Notes: generated by a model from the letters alone, not told the origin. A stretch of 64,000 bases of DNA from Gemmatimonadaceae bacterium (GCA_031360575.1 JANMBU010000056.1:1376-65375), one strand, 5' to 3'. Positions 18,253 through 28,820 are shown, counted from the stretch's first letter. Program-made: numbers and translations.

Positions 18253-19244
18253 TGGCGAACATCTTTGCCTTCGCCGAGCAGCGCGGCGGCGAGCTGCGGA
18301 AGGTCGCGCTCGAGGCCGTCACCGCGGCGCGCACTCTCGCCGACGCGACCGGTGGCGGGGAAGTGCACGTGCTACTTGTCGGCGCTCCCGGAATCGGCGG
18401 CAAGGCGGCAACGTTAGGCGCGCACGGCGCCGACGTCGTCCATGTCTGCGAGCACGCGGCGTTCGCCAACGCCAACCCGGAAGCTGCCGCCGCGCTGGCT
18501 GCCGCTCTCCTCGCCCAGCTGGCCGCCCGCGCCGGCGTCTTTGCCGCGTCGGCGGAGGGGCGCGACCTCGCGCCGCGCGCTGCCGCCAAGCTCGGCGTCG
18601 GCCTCGCCTCCGACGTGACCGAATTCTCGGTCGCCGGGGACGCGATCCATGTCCGCCACCCGACCCACACCGGCAAGGTCATCGCCACCCTCGCCCTCAC
18701 CGGGACCCCGGCGCTGTTCGCCGTCAGGCCTAACGTCTTCGCGCCGGTGCCCAACGCGAAAGCCGGGCGGGTCGAGACGATTGCGCCGGCCGCTGACCCC
18801 GCCGCCTCGCGCGTCGTCGTCAAGGAGCTGCGGGGCGGCGGCAAGGCGAAGCTCGACCTCTCCGAGGCCCCGGTCATCGTCAGCGGAGGGCGCGGCCTCA
18901 AGGCCGCCGAAAACTTCAAGCTCGTTGAAGATCTCGCCGCGGCGTTCGGCAATGCGGCCGTCGGCGCGACCCGCGCCGTCACCGACGACGGCTGGCGCCC
19001 GCACAGCGACCAGATCGGCCAGACCGGCCGCGTCGTCAGCCCGGATCTCTACGTCGCGGTCGGCATCTCCGGCGCCATCCAGCACCTGGCCGGCATGCGC
19101 ACCTCGCGCACCATCGTCGCCATCAACAAGGACAAGGAAGCGCCGATCTTCAAGCTCGCCGATTATGGCATCGTCGGCGACGTGTTCGAGATCATGCCCG
19201 CGCTGATCGAAGCCGTGCGCGCCGCGCGAGCACAGAAGCACTGA
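18252..19244 (+). CDS. etfA: electron transfer flavoprotein alpha subunit
   Basis: 330 aa with the FAD-binding C-terminal half 'VSGGRGL...[18 protein letters not shown]'. The ATG overlaps the etfB stop. Confidence 0.92.
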   Translation: MANIFAFAEQRGGELRKVALEAVTAARTLADATGGGEVHVLLVGAPGIGGKAATLGAHGADVVHVCEHAAFANANPEAAAALAAALLAQLAARAGVFAASAEGRDLAPRAAAKLGVGLASDVTEFSVAGDAIHVRHPTHTGKVIATLALTGTPALFAVRPNVFAPVPNAKAGRVETIAPAADPAASRVVVKELRGGGKAKLDLSEAPVIVSGGRGLKAAENFKLVEDLAAAFGNAAVGATRAVTDDGWRPHSDQIGQTGRVVSPDLYVAVGISGAIQHLAGMRTSRTIVAINKDKEAPIFKLADYGIVGDVFEIMPALIEAVRAARAQKH

Positions 19245-19254
19245 TCGCGCGCCG

Positions 19255-21357
19255 ATGAGCCCCTCGAACATCGTCTTCGTCCTCTTCGTCATCGCGGCGA
19301 CGGGGTTCTTCGCCCTCAACGTGCAGCGGCTCGTCGGCTACATGCGCATCGGTCTTCCGGACGATCGCACCGATCGTCCGCTGCGCCGACTCGGCAACGT
19401 CTTCGGGATCGCAATCGGCCAGAGCAAGATCCTCCGCGAGCCGGTCGCCGGCGTGATGCACGCGATGATCTTCTGGGGCTTCATGGTATTGACCGTGGGG
19501 ACGATCGAGTTCGTCCTCGACGGCATCTTCCCCGGCTTCTCGCTCGCGTTCCTGCCCACACCGATCTACCGCCTCTACGCGCTGTCGCAGGATGTCTTCG
19601 TGCTGCTCGTACTCGCGGCGATCGCGTTCGCGTTCTATCGGCGCCTCGTCCTCCATCCGCGGCGCCTCGAAGGCGATAACCTCGAACACGCCGACGCGCT
19701 GATCATCCTCGGGATGATTGGCGGTCTGATGGTCTCGTACCTGTTCGCCAACGGCTTCCTCGCGGCGCTGCACCCCGACGCGGTCGCCCCAGAAAAGTTC
19801 GCGTCGCACATCCTCGGCGGCGTTTTCGCGCATGTCAGTTCTCGCACCGCGCACGTCGGGTACGACGTCAGCTGGTGGACACACGGCCTGCTCGTCTTCG
19901 GCTTCCTCAATTACCTCCCGTATTCGAAGCACCTCCACGTCGCCACATCGATCCCTAACGTTTATCTCTCCAACACGTCGGGTCCCTGGCAGAAGGGCGT
20001 GATGAAAGGGATGGACCTCGAGGCGGAGAACGCCGAGCAGTTCGGCGCTTCCGACGTGAATCACCTGTCGTGGAAGAATCTTCTCGACGGTTACTCCTGC
20101 ACCGAGTGCGGGCGCTGCACGGCGGCCTGCCCGGCGAACATCACCGGCAAGCTCCTCAGTCCACGGAAGATCGTCGTCAACACCCGCCAGCGGCTGATGG
20201 AAAAAGGCCCGGTCGTCACCGGCGACCGGATGGAGTTTGCGCATCCGATGCTGGTCCACGGCGAAGGCGCTGACGGCGGCGCGGTCACGGTCGCCGAGAT
20301 CCTCGATGAGCGCCGCCTCCTCGACACCTTCATCACCGAGGACGAGCTCTGGGCGTGCACGAGCTGTCGCGCCTGCGTGCAGGAATGCCCGGTCGGCATC
20401 GATCAGCTCGAGATCATCAACGAGATGCGCCGCCATCTCGTGCTGATGGAGTCGCGTTTCCCCCCCGAAGTCCAGCCGACCTTCCAGTCGCTCGAGCGCA
20501 ATGGCAGCCCCTGGGCATTCAGCGCCGGCGATCGCGCGAAGTGGGCCGAAGGTCTCGAAGTCCCCACGATGGCCGAGATGGTCGAGCGCGGCGAGCAACC
20601 GGAGATCCTCTTCTGGGTCGGCTGCATGGGATCGTTCGACGATCGCGCGAAAAAAATCGCTGTCGCCGTCGCCCGTATCCTGACCGCCGCCGGAATCAAG
20701 TTCGCCATCCTCGGCCAGGAGGAGAGCTGCAACGGTGACCCGGCCCGGCGGTTAGGCAACGAGTATCTCTACCAGATGCTGGCCAAGCAGAACATCGAAA
20801 CCCTCGACCGCTACGGCGTGAAGACGGTGCTCACCAGCTGCCCGCACTGCTTCCACCAGATCGGCAACGAGTACCCCCAGCTCGGCGGCAACTACGACGT
20901 CGTCCACCACTCGACCTACATCGAGAAGCTGCTGGCCGACGAACGCGTCCCGTTAGGCGACGGCGACCGGAAGACCCTGCGCATCGTCTATCACGACTCG
21001 TGCTATCTCGGCCGCTACAACGACGTCTACGATGCGCCGCGCGACACCCTCAAGCGCTCGCTGCCCGTCATCACCCTGCTCGAGGCGCCGCGCTCTCGCG
21101 ATCGTGGCCTCTGCTGCGGCGCCGGGGGCGGGCGGATGTTCATGGAAGAGAAGGAAGGGAAGCGCATCAACATCGAGCGCACCGAGGAGCTTCTCGCCAC
21201 TGGCGCCGATGAGATCGCGGTCGCCTGCCCTTTCTGCATGACGATGATGTCCGACGGGCTCAAGGCAAAGGAATCAACCGTCCCCGTGCGCGACATTGCC
21301 GAAGTCGTCGCGGCTCAGCTATCCGCTCAGCCCCGCGCTGGCCAGCGAATCTCGTAG
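19255..21357 (+). CDS. membrane-anchored Fe-S oxidoreductase (HdrD/GlpC-like CCG domains), 'EtfD-like' candidate ETF:quinone oxidoreductase
   Basis: 700 aa with an N-terminal polytopic membrane domain. It has two ferredoxin motifs, '[12 protein letters not shown]' and '[12 protein letters not shown]', and Cys-rich CCG-type blocks ('WVGCMGSF', 'GLCCGAGGG', 'ACPFCMTMM'). Lies immediately downstream of etfBA. Confidence 0.8.
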   Translation: MSPSNIVFVLFVIAATGFFALNVQRLVGYMRIGLPDDRTDRPLRRLGNVFGIAIGQSKILREPVAGVMHAMIFWGFMVLTVGTIEFVLDGIFPGFSLAFLPTPIYRLYALSQDVFVLLVLAAIAFAFYRRLVLHPRRLEGDNLEHADALIILGMIGGLMVSYLFANGFLAALHPDAVAPEKFASHILGGVFAHVSSRTAHVGYDVSWWTHGLLVFGFLNYLPYSKHLHVATSIPNVYLSNTSGPWQKGVMKGMDLEAENAEQFGASDVNHLSWKNLLDGYSCTECGRCTAACPANITGKLLSPRKIVVNTRQRLMEKGPVVTGDRMEFAHPMLVHGEGADGGAVTVAEILDERRLLDTFITEDELWACTSCRACVQECPVGIDQLEIINEMRRHLVLMESRFPPEVQPTFQSLERNGSPWAFSAGDRAKWAEGLEVPTMAEMVERGEQPEILFWVGCMGSFDDRAKKIAVAVARILTAAGIKFAILGQEESCNGDPARRLGNEYLYQMLAKQNIETLDRYGVKTVLTSCPHCFHQIGNEYPQLGGNYDVVHHSTYIEKLLADERVPLGDGDRKTLRIVYHDSCYLGRYNDVYDAPRDTLKRSLPVITLLEAPRSRDRGLCCGAGGGRMFMEEKEGKRINIERTEELLATGADEIAVACPFCMTMMSDGLKAKESTVPVRDIAEVVAAQLSAQPRAGQRIS

Positions 21358-22031
21358 AGATCGATCGTCTGCCTGACGGTCCCTTCCTCGTACGGGAGTC
21401 GCCGCACGCGCTCGATCGTCAGGCCTGACGCCGGCACGGCGTCGACGAACGCCGGCGCCGCCATCCGTCCCGGATCGGCCACGATCGCCACACCGCCGGG
21501 GACGAGCGTCAGCGACAGCGTCTTCGCGACCAGTTCCGCGTACGGTCGCTCGTACAGTACGTCCGATGCGATGACCACGTCGTACCTCGGCAGCGTCGCC
21601 GGGATCGCCCGCCAGTCGAGATGCAGCACTGCGATCCGCTGCCGGCTCGCGTGCCAGGCGTTGACCTCCGCGAACCGCAGAGCGTCGTCGTAGTAATCGC
21701 TCGCCGTCACCGCAAATCCCGCCAGCGCCGCCGCCGAGGCCACCAGCCCGGCGCCGCACCCCAGTTCGAGCAGCGACCGCCGCGCGCCCGGGCCGAGCAC
21801 CGAGTCCGCGCCAACCAGGTGCCGGGCCAGCTCGAACGACGACGGCCACGGCTCGGCCCAGTAGGGGAGGCGCTCGTCCGTCAGGTAGTCCTCCTCGCTG
21901 ATCAGCTCATCCGAGCTCGCCGGGTGCGCCAGCGAGAGTGTCGTCTGGCCTAACGCAACGCGCGTGTCGGTCACCCGGAACCGGCGCCGCAGCGACGCCT
22001 CGATGCGGGCGACGTCGCGGGCGTCGCTCAA
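21327..22031 (-). CDS. class I SAM-dependent methyltransferase
   Basis: 234 aa with the SAM motif I '[19 protein letters not shown]'. Its 3' end overlaps the 3' end of the convergent Fe-S gene by 31 nt. Confidence 0.75.
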   Translation of the reverse strand: MSDARDVARIEASLRRRFRVTDTRVALGQTTLSLAHPASSDELISEEDYLTDERLPYWAEPWPSSFELARHLVGADSVLGPGARRSLLELGCGAGLVASAAALAGFAVTASDYYDDALRFAEVNAWHASRQRIAVLHLDWRAIPATLPRYDVVIASDVLYERPYAELVAKTLSLTLVPGGVAIVADPGRMAAPAFVDAVPASGLTIERVRRLPYEEGTVRQTIDLYEIRWPARG

Positions 22032-23293
22032 GCAACGTCCGTCGCGCGTATCCGGAGGGCCCTGTCCATCGCGACCGCGCCACGCAGCGGGATCGCGGCG
22101 ACCATCGTGCCCGCCGGCAGGTACTCGGCCCCGGCTGGGATCACCAGCAGTGCGTCCGCCCGTGCCATCGACGACATCAGCCCCGAGCCCTGTGGCCCGG
22201 TGAGCTCGGCCACGAACCCGCCGCTATAGGGCGTGAGCCGCGCCCGCAGCAGGAGAGTCATTCCTGCCGCACCCTGAATCGCTGTGCCTAACCGCACGGT
22301 CACCGGGGCCCTGTGCACCGCACGCACGCCCTGCAGCCGCAACACCGCCGGTCGCACGAACAGCTCGCCGGTGATCGCCGCCGAGACCGGATTGCCGGGG
22401 AGCCCGAGCCATGGCGTGCCGGCCACCGCGCCGAACGCGAGCTGTGAGCCTGGGCGCGCACTGATTCGCCAGAAGTCGATTCGCCCCAGCTCTTCGATTA
22501 CTGACTTCGTGTGATCGTGCTCGCCGACCGACACACCCGCCGTCGTGACGACCAGGTCCGCTTGCGACGCCGCATCGGCTACCATGGCGCGAATACGCGT
22601 GCGATCGTCCGGCGCCACACCGAGGTCGAGCACCTGCCCACCCGCCTCACGGACGATGGCACCCAGCACGTATCCATTGGTCGCGATGATGCGCTCGCCA
22701 CGGCGCACTTCAGCGAAACGATCGACGCTCGTCAGCTCATCGCCCGAACCGACCAGCGCGACCACCGGCCGCCGCGCCACCCGAGGCCGTGCACAGCCAA
22801 CACCGGCGAGCAGCGCGAGCAACGCCGCCGTCACCACGGTGCCGTGCTCGGCGACGACACTTCCGGCCGCGACGTCCTCACCGCCCGGCCGGACGTTGCG
22901 CCCGGCATCGCGCGCCGAGTTGATCGAGACGGTCGTCGTGCCGCGGTCCGTGTCCTCGACGCGGATCACGCTGTCGGCTCCCGAGGGAATGGGCGCGCCG
23001 GTCATGATCCTGATAGCCTCGCCCGCGCCAAGCGCGAGCGTCGACCGCTGGCCGGCGGCGACAGTCCCGATCACGCGGAGCGCTGCCGGCCTGCCTGCGT
23101 GCGCGTCGCTGACGTCGGCAGCGCGGACCGCGTATCCGTCCATTGCCGAGTTGTCCCACGGCGGGAGTGCCACCTCTGACGAGACATCGGCCGCGAGCAC
23201 CCTGCCTGACGCGTCGGCGAGCGATATCTCCTCGCTCTCGACCTGCCGCAGTCCGGCGAGGATTGCCTCCGCGGCGGCCGTGATGTCGAGCAC
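22028..23293 (-). CDS. moeA: molybdopterin molybdotransferase
   Basis: 421 aa with 'PPWDNSAMDGYAV' and 'DLVVTTAGVSVGEHD'. Confidence 0.9.
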   Translation of the reverse strand: MLDITAAAEAILAGLRQVESEEISLADASGRVLAADVSSEVALPPWDNSAMDGYAVRAADVSDAHAGRPAALRVIGTVAAGQRSTLALGAGEAIRIMTGAPIPSGADSVIRVEDTDRGTTTVSINSARDAGRNVRPGGEDVAAGSVVAEHGTVVTAALLALLAGVGCARPRVARRPVVALVGSGDELTSVDRFAEVRRGERIIATNGYVLGAIVREAGGQVLDLGVAPDDRTRIRAMVADAASQADLVVTTAGVSVGEHDHTKSVIEELGRIDFWRISARPGSQLAFGAVAGTPWLGLPGNPVSAAITGELFVRPAVLRLQGVRAVHRAPVTVRLGTAIQGAAGMTLLLRARLTPYSGGFVAELTGPQGSGLMSSMARADALLVIPAGAEYLPAGTMVAAIPLRGAVAMDRALRIRATDVA

Positions 23294-23303
23294 AGCGAGC
23301 TGC

Positions 23304-24833
23304 CTAACGCCCGGGCGGCGCGAGGCGCATGCCAGCCAGCCGCGCGGCGATCATGTTCTGCACGGCTTCGACATCCACGGTCGGCACCGTCCAGTTGTTG
23401 CAGAGCATGCTGAAGATCAACATCCGACCGTCCATCGTCGTGGCGTAGCCTGACAGCGATCTCGCCTTGTCGACGAATCCGGTCTTTGCATGCACATTGC
23501 CTTCGGCGGCGGTGCCCTTCATCCGGTTGGAGATGGTGCCGTCGACACCGGCGATGGGAAGTGCATCGTAGAACACGTGGAACGCCGTGTCCGACCGGAT
23601 CGCCGCCAGGACCCGTACGATTGTCTCCGGAGAGAGATAATCGTGGCGCGACAACCCGCTCCCATCGCGAATGGCGTAACCGCCGTCCCTCGCGCCCCAC
23701 GCTGCGAGCTGCTGCTCAAGCACCCTTCGCGCGCTGTCCGCCGACCCGACGCCCGTGCGCTCCAGCGCCATCGTCTTGAAGAGCACCTCGGCGATCTGGT
23801 TCTGCGAAGGCTTCTCCATCGCCGGGAGAATCTCCCGCAACGCCGGCGAGCGCGTGGTAAAGATGGTGTCGCCATGAATCAGTGTGTCGGTAGTGGTTCG
23901 CCCGTCGATCCGGATCCCGCGATCGGCCAGGGCTTCGCCGAGTGCGTCGAGATATGAAGCGTCAGGCACGCGAAAGGCCACATCGTCGCTCGTGCTGTCG
24001 CCCACCTGGATCGTTCCCTCGACGAGCGCGCCACCGCCGATGCTGTCCCAGCGAAAAGTCGGCGCCTTGGCTGCCGGCGAGCCAGGCGCCGCGCGCGCCA
24101 CTGTTGTCGCCGCGACGCGGACCTTCGGGCTCCGCCGCGCTGGACGCGTCTCGATGCTGACCGCCGACCCCGGGCGCGCTCCGCCGCGCGCGATGATCGT
24201 CGCGAACCCTTCGTTGAACAGCAGCTCGTCGACTCCGGCGCCGTACGCGTAATCGAGGTCGTCCCAGTCCCAGCCAAAGCCTAACGTCGGTCCGGGAAAT
24301 GCGTCGCCCGCCGCGAGTAGGCGCCCGGTGATCCGTGCGATCCCGTGCGCGCGGAGCGAGTCCGCCAGCTCGCGGAGCGGGATCATCGCGTCTTTTCGCA
24401 TCTGATCGCTGATCGTCGGGTCGCCGCGTCCGACCACCACCAGGTCTCCGCGCAGCGTCGAGTCGCGCACCATGCCGCGCGCCACGAACGTCGTGCGGAA
24501 CTGATAATCCGCGCCGAGCTGCGTCAATGCTGCCGCGCCGGTGATGATCTTCATGTTCGACGCCGGCATGAACAGCTTGCCGGCGTTGCGCGAGTAGAGC
24601 GTATCGCCGCTCACCGGATCGACGATCAGGACACCCCAGTGTGCGTTGGCGAACTTCGGCGAGTCGACCGCGCTGTCGATCGCGGCGCGCAGCATCGAGC
24701 GATCGCCCGCGTCCGCCCGGGCGCCTGGCAGCACGCCCTCATGCGGAATCGCCGCCGGTACCGGACGCGTCGACACAGGGGGCGAACACGCGGTGAGTGC
24801 GGCGACGGCGAGCAGAAATGGGGCAACGCGCAT
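23304..24833 (-). CDS. dacB: D-alanyl-D-alanine carboxypeptidase/endopeptidase (PBP4, peptidase S13)
   Basis: 509 aa with a signal peptide, 'FMPASNMK' (SxxK), 'DGSGLSR' and 'HAKTGF' (KTG). The TAG stop lies inside a CGTTAGGC word. Confidence 0.88.
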   Translation of the reverse strand: MRVAPFLLAVAALTACSPPVSTRPVPAAIPHEGVLPGARADAGDRSMLRAAIDSAVDSPKFANAHWGVLIVDPVSGDTLYSRNAGKLFMPASNMKIITGAAALTQLGADYQFRTTFVARGMVRDSTLRGDLVVVGRGDPTISDQMRKDAMIPLRELADSLRAHGIARITGRLLAAGDAFPGPTLGFGWDWDDLDYAYGAGVDELLFNEGFATIIARGGARPGSAVSIETRPARRSPKVRVAATTVARAAPGSPAAKAPTFRWDSIGGGALVEGTIQVGDSTSDDVAFRVPDASYLDALGEALADRGIRIDGRTTTDTLIHGDTIFTTRSPALREILPAMEKPSQNQIAEVLFKTMALERTGVGSADSARRVLEQQLAAWGARDGGYAIRDGSGLSRHDYLSPETIVRVLAAIRSDTAFHVFYDALPIAGVDGTISNRMKGTAAEGNVHAKTGFVDKARSLSGYATTMDGRMLIFSMLCNNWTVPTVDVEAVQNMIAARLAGMRLAPPGR

Positions 24834-24881
24834 CAGCGTCTTGGTCGGAGACAGGTGATCATCGGGGATCGAGTAGTTGCA

Positions 24882-25487
24882 TCAACGCGTCGCTGGCGGC
24901 CCGGCGCGCCGCGCCGCGTCGAGTTGCTCTGAAGTGTTGATGCTGGCGAATGGCGACGACTCGTCGGTCTCCGCGCGGGTCACTAGCTGAAGTCGAAGTG
25001 CGCCTAACGTTGCGCGCGGGCTCCGCTCGCCACCGGCGAATGCAGCGGCCAGTGCTGGCAGCGCCGTTGCCCGGTAGAGCCCGCACAGGGGCTCGACCCG
25101 CCCTTCGCTCTGCCAGAGCACCGCGTCCGCGTCACTCGGCGCGTGAAGGAGTGGCTGCAGGTCCGCGGCCGTGACGAATGGCATGTCCCAGGCAACGATC
25201 AGCGTATCGCGCCCGCTCGCGCCCAGTGCCGTCACGATCGCCCCTAACGGTCCATCTCCCGGCGACGCGTCTGGCACCAGCCGCCAATCGGGAAGCGTTG
25301 CCGCGATCACCGGCGGCGCCCCGATCAGCAGCAGCTCGCCGGCAATGTCACGGAGTGCGCTCGCGACCCGGTCGATGATCCGCACCCCGCCGATGAGCTC
25401 CAGCCCCTTCGGCCGTCCGCCGAAGCGGAGCGCCCGCCCACCGGCGAGAATCGCCCCCGCCGGCCGCAGGCCCGCGTCGCCGGTCAC
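24882..25487 (-). CDS. mobA: molybdenum cofactor guanylyltransferase
   Basis: 201 aa beginning 'GAILAGGRALRFGGRPKGL'. The start overlaps the stop of the upstream PTPS-like gene. Confidence 0.85.
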   Translation of the reverse strand: MTGDAGLRPAGAILAGGRALRFGGRPKGLELIGGVRIIDRVASALRDIAGELLLIGAPPVIAATLPDWRLVPDASPGDGPLGAIVTALGASGRDTLIVAWDMPFVTAADLQPLLHAPSDADAVLWQSEGRVEPLCGLYRATALPALAAAFAGGERSPRATLGALRLQLVTRAETDESSPFASINTSEQLDAARRAGPPATR

Positions 25488-25909
25488 TCGCCCGCCGTGT
25501 AGGTGGCTCGCAGCGTCTCGTCCTCAGCCACCGAAACCGAAATGACCGTGGCCGCGCTGCCTAACGCGCGCTGTACCCGCTCGAGAATGAATCGCGCCAG
25601 GTTCTCGCCGCTCGGCACGAGCAGTCCGTCGGCGAACTCGCGGACGTCGAGATTGATGTTCCGATGGTCGAACCGCTCCCGCACCTCGGTTTGCAGCGCG
25701 CGATCGAGCGCGCCGAGATCGACGACAAACCCGGTCAGCGCATCGACATGGCCGCTCACCGTCACGTCGCAAACGTAGCTGTGCCCGTGATAGCTCGGTC
25801 GCGCACAGAGGCCGAACGCCGCGGCGTTCCGCGCATCGTCCCACTCGGGACGACGGTAGCGGTGCGCGGCGGCAAAGGTCACGCGGCGGGTGAGCGTCGT
25901 AGTCGGCAT
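25484..25909 (-). CDS. 6-pyruvoyl-tetrahydropterin / 6-carboxy-tetrahydropterin synthase family (COG0720, QueD/PTPS)
   Basis: 141 aa with 'VTFAAAHRY' and 'LCARPSYHGHSY' (C-x5-HGH spacing). The overall layout parallels PTPS/QueD. Confidence 0.85.
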   Translation of the reverse strand: MPTTTLTRRVTFAAAHRYRRPEWDDARNAAAFGLCARPSYHGHSYVCDVTVSGHVDALTGFVVDLGALDRALQTEVRERFDHRNINLDVREFADGLLVPSGENLARFILERVQRALGSAATVISVSVAEDETLRATYTAGE

Positions 25910-25910
25910 T

Positions 25911-25944
25911 CAAAAAGAAAATGTCCGGCTCTCACGAGCCGGAC
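25911..25944 (-). terminator. rho-independent terminator after the BON-domain gene
   Basis: On the minus strand, GTCCGGCTC-GTGA-GAGCCGGAC (9-bp stem, tetraloop) is followed directly by ATTTTCTTTTTG. The U-tract ends 1 nt before the PTPS-like ATG. Confidence 0.7.
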
Positions 25945-25965
25945 AAGCCTTTTGCAGGTAGCGCG

Positions 25966-26457
25966 TCAGCGCGCGTCGCCCATGTCGCGGCCTTCCGGCG
26001 TCGGCGAATCCGGCGGAACCCACGCCGTTCCATCCTCGATTGCGCGCTGCACGTCGGTCGTCCCGTAGAGCCGCGCATCGAGATCCTCCTCGAGATGCTC
26101 GGCTTCCGGCGACAGGGAGACCGCGCGATCGCCGAGCAGGAGCCCCTCAGTGCGCTGCTCGTCCACCAGGTGCTCGTCGATTGCCATCGGGCTGATTGCG
26201 CGCAGCTGCGGATCGACCGCGAGCAGGTTCTCGTACTGCTCGATCCCCAGCACGTCGGTCACCACGTGCTCCGCGATCCGCTGTTCCGCCTCGGTTCCAA
26301 CACTGCCCGACAGCGTGACGAAACCGTCCTCGACCCGCACCGAGATCTCGTGCGCATCCACACCCGTTTCGCCGGCGAGGTGAGTACGAACCAGATCACG
26401 CAACTCGTCATCGTTCAGGTCGTCGAGGTCGTGAATGTCTTCGAAATCATGCGCCAT
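25966..26457 (-). CDS. BON domain-containing protein
   Basis: 163 aa. An acidic N-terminus is followed by 'ISVRVEDGFVTLSGSVGTEAEQRIAEHVVTDVLGI', which is BON-like. Confidence 0.7.
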   Translation of the reverse strand: MAHDFEDIHDLDDLNDDELRDLVRTHLAGETGVDAHEISVRVEDGFVTLSGSVGTEAEQRIAEHVVTDVLGIEQYENLLAVDPQLRAISPMAIDEHLVDEQRTEGLLLGDRAVSLSPEAEHLEEDLDARLYGTTDVQRAIEDGTAWVPPDSPTPEGRDMGDAR

Positions 26458-26517
26458 GGTGTGCTGCTCCTCGAACGTGAGACGACGAGCACGGCACGCT
26501 GCCGGACCCGCCTTGCC

Positions 26518-27243
26518 TTAGCGCAGAAAGCGGTACGTGAGGCCGAGCGTGAGCCCCGCGTTGTGCCGCCAGCTCGATGCTGAGGCGTTTGGCTTGAGGA
26601 CGGACAGAGTCGTCGCTGTCGAGATGTACGAGCTTGGATACTTGATCGCGAACAGGTAGTCGGTGACGTCGCCGCGCACCTCCAACCGGCTGAAGCGGCC
26701 ACCCGGCACGTAGCGAATCCCGCCGCCGAAGGAAAGTGCAAAGGTGGTGCCGGACGTCCCACCGAACTTGTAGTTCCCAATATCCGACGCCGGCTTCAAG
26801 TCCGACGCGACTCCGCCGCCGAACATGATCAGAGGAACCAGTCCATGCCAGCTGCGCTGGCCGGTGAGGTTCAGGGTGATGTCGACGTCGGTCAGCAGCA
26901 GCGGAGCCGACACGTCCCCAAGCAGCCGCGTCGCCTTTGGCTGCCGAGGATCGATGACGTGACGCTTCGATGATGTCGCTGCACTGCGAACCGTGAGCTG
27001 CGCCGGCCCGGCGAGCTGCAGGTCATAACGCAGGCCGATCATCGGTGCACTGCGCGGGGCCACTCCGGCCGGATCGATCGCCGCGTTGTACCAGCCGGCG
27101 AACGTTGTCAGCCCCTGGCGCCAAGGCACATCGTGATAGGGACTCTTCGCCGGATCGTATCCGACCTGCGCCGCGAGAGGGCGCGTGATCGCCAGCAACC
27201 CGAGTGAGAACAACATCGCTGCAACTGCCGTCTTTCGCTTCAC
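26518..27243 (-). CDS. outer-membrane beta-barrel protein (OmpW/porin-like, family not recognised)
   Basis: GTG 27243 gives 'VKRKTAVAAMLFSLGLLAITRPLAAQ' (signal peptide). The body shows alternating beta-strand patterning and the C-terminus is 'GLTYRFLR'. The longer ORF-track version overlaps gpmI. Confidence 0.65.
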   Translation of the reverse strand: MKRKTAVAAMLFSLGLLAITRPLAAQVGYDPAKSPYHDVPWRQGLTTFAGWYNAAIDPAGVAPRSAPMIGLRYDLQLAGPAQLTVRSAATSSKRHVIDPRQPKATRLLGDVSAPLLLTDVDITLNLTGQRSWHGLVPLIMFGGGVASDLKPASDIGNYKFGGTSGTTFALSFGGGIRYVPGGRFSRLEVRGDVTDYLFAIKYPSSYISTATTLSVLKPNASASSWRHNAGLTLGLTYRFLR

Positions 27244-28790
27244 GTGCGTGGTCCATCCTGTCGAAGGTCGATGCCGGTCATTTCCGCCGGCCGCTCGATG
27301 CCGAGCATCGAGAGAATTGTCGGTCCTATGTCGCACAACGCGCTGCCTGATCGCAGCCTCCGCTCCCCCTCCGGGTCGACGATCACCAGCGGTACCGGGT
27401 TCGTCGTGTGCGCGGTGTGCGGTCCGCCGGTTTCCGGGTCGATCATCATCTCGCAGTTGCCATGGTCCGCCGTCACCAGCAGCCGCGCGCCCGCGTTCTC
27501 GGCGGCTGCAACGACTCGCGTTAGGCACTCGTCGACGGTTTCCACCGCACGAATCGTCGCCGGTAGCGATCCGCTGTGCCCGACCATGTCGCCATTCGCG
27601 TAGTTGCAGAGCACGAAGTCGTGATCACCCCGGGCCAGCGCGCCGCAGAGCACGTCGGTCACCCCGTGCGCACTCATCTCCGGCGCGAGATCGTACGTCG
27701 CGACCTTCTGGCTCTGCACCAGCAGCCGCTCCTCGCCCGGATACGGCGGTTCTACCCCGCCATTGAAGAAATAGGTCACGTGCGCGTACTTCTCGGTCTC
27801 CGCCGTCCGGAACATCGTCAGCCCCTCGCCGCTCACCACCTCGGCAACAATGCGCGCCATCGACTGCGGCGCGAAGGCAACCGGAAGGTCGAACGTCTGG
27901 TCGTACTGCGTCATCGTCACGACGTGAAGCTTTGGCCGCTTCGAGACGTCGAATCCATCAAAGTTCGGCAGCGTCAACGCGCGCACGATCTGCCGCATCC
28001 GGTCCGAGCGGTAGTTGAAGCAGATCACCGAGTCGCCAGCGCGCATCGGAGCGACAGCGCCGGCGTCGTCGACAACGGTTACCGGCGGGATGAATTCGTC
28101 AGTCACGCCACCTTCGTAGGACGCGCGAATCGCTCCAAGCGGATCTCGCACCGTCGTCGCAACACCGTCCACGGCGGCGCGATAGAACTTCTCCGTGCGC
28201 TCCCACCGCTTGTCGCGATCCATCCCGAAGTAGCGGCCACCGAGACTCGCCAATCGCGCGCGCCCCTTCGCCTTCGCGAGCAGGTCCCCCATGTAGCCGA
28301 GTCCGGACGTCGGAAGCGTATCACGGCCGTCCATCAGCGCGTGGATGGCCACTCGCTTCACTCCCTCCCGCTCGGCGAGGTCGAGCAGCGCGAAGAGGTG
28401 CGTGTCCACGCCATGCACTCCGCCCTTGCCAACCAACCCGAGGAGATGGAGGGTCCCGCCGTTCTTCTTCACCCGCTGGCACGCGTCCACGAAGGCAGGA
28501 TTGGCGAAGAAGCCCCCGTCCTTGATCGACTGCGTGATACGCACGAGATCCTGCATCACCACGCGGCCTGCGCCGAGGTTGAGATGTCCGACCTCACTGT
28601 TGCCCATCTGTCCCTCGGGCAGTCCAACGGCGAGGCCGGACGCCTCGAGCAGCGTGCGCGATCCGCGCTTCCAGAGCGCGTCCCACGTCGGCGTGCTCGA
28701 TAGCGCGATCGCATTACCCTCGCGCGACTCGCGGTATCCCCAGCCATCCAGAACGACCAGCACGACTGGTCGCTTCGCTCTCCCCGCCAT
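27240..28790 (-). CDS. gpmI: 2,3-bisphosphoglycerate-independent phosphoglycerate mutase
   Basis: 516 aa with 'VVLDGWG', 'MGNSEVGHLNLGAGR' and 'TADHGN'. Confidence 0.93.
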   Translation of the reverse strand: MAGRAKRPVVLVVLDGWGYRESREGNAIALSSTPTWDALWKRGSRTLLEASGLAVGLPEGQMGNSEVGHLNLGAGRVVMQDLVRITQSIKDGGFFANPAFVDACQRVKKNGGTLHLLGLVGKGGVHGVDTHLFALLDLAEREGVKRVAIHALMDGRDTLPTSGLGYMGDLLAKAKGRARLASLGGRYFGMDRDKRWERTEKFYRAAVDGVATTVRDPLGAIRASYEGGVTDEFIPPVTVVDDAGAVAPMRAGDSVICFNYRSDRMRQIVRALTLPNFDGFDVSKRPKLHVVTMTQYDQTFDLPVAFAPQSMARIVAEVVSGEGLTMFRTAETEKYAHVTYFFNGGVEPPYPGEERLLVQSQKVATYDLAPEMSAHGVTDVLCGALARGDHDFVLCNYANGDMVGHSGSLPATIRAVETVDECLTRVVAAAENAGARLLVTADHGNCEMMIDPETGGPHTAHTTNPVPLVIVDPEGERRLRSGSALCDIGPTILSMLGIERPAEMTGIDLRQDGPRT

Positions 28791-28811
28791 CTATGCTCTC
28801 TCTCGTTCGCG

Positions 28812-28820
28812 TGATATAAT
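28812..28820 (+). promoter_or_regulatory. extended -10 promoter element (TGATATAAT)
   Basis: TGnTATAAT at 28812-28820 lies in the 40-bp gap between divergent genes. The in-frame GTG at 28831 is only 10 nt downstream, implying a leaderless or near-leaderless mRNA. Confidence 0.4.
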
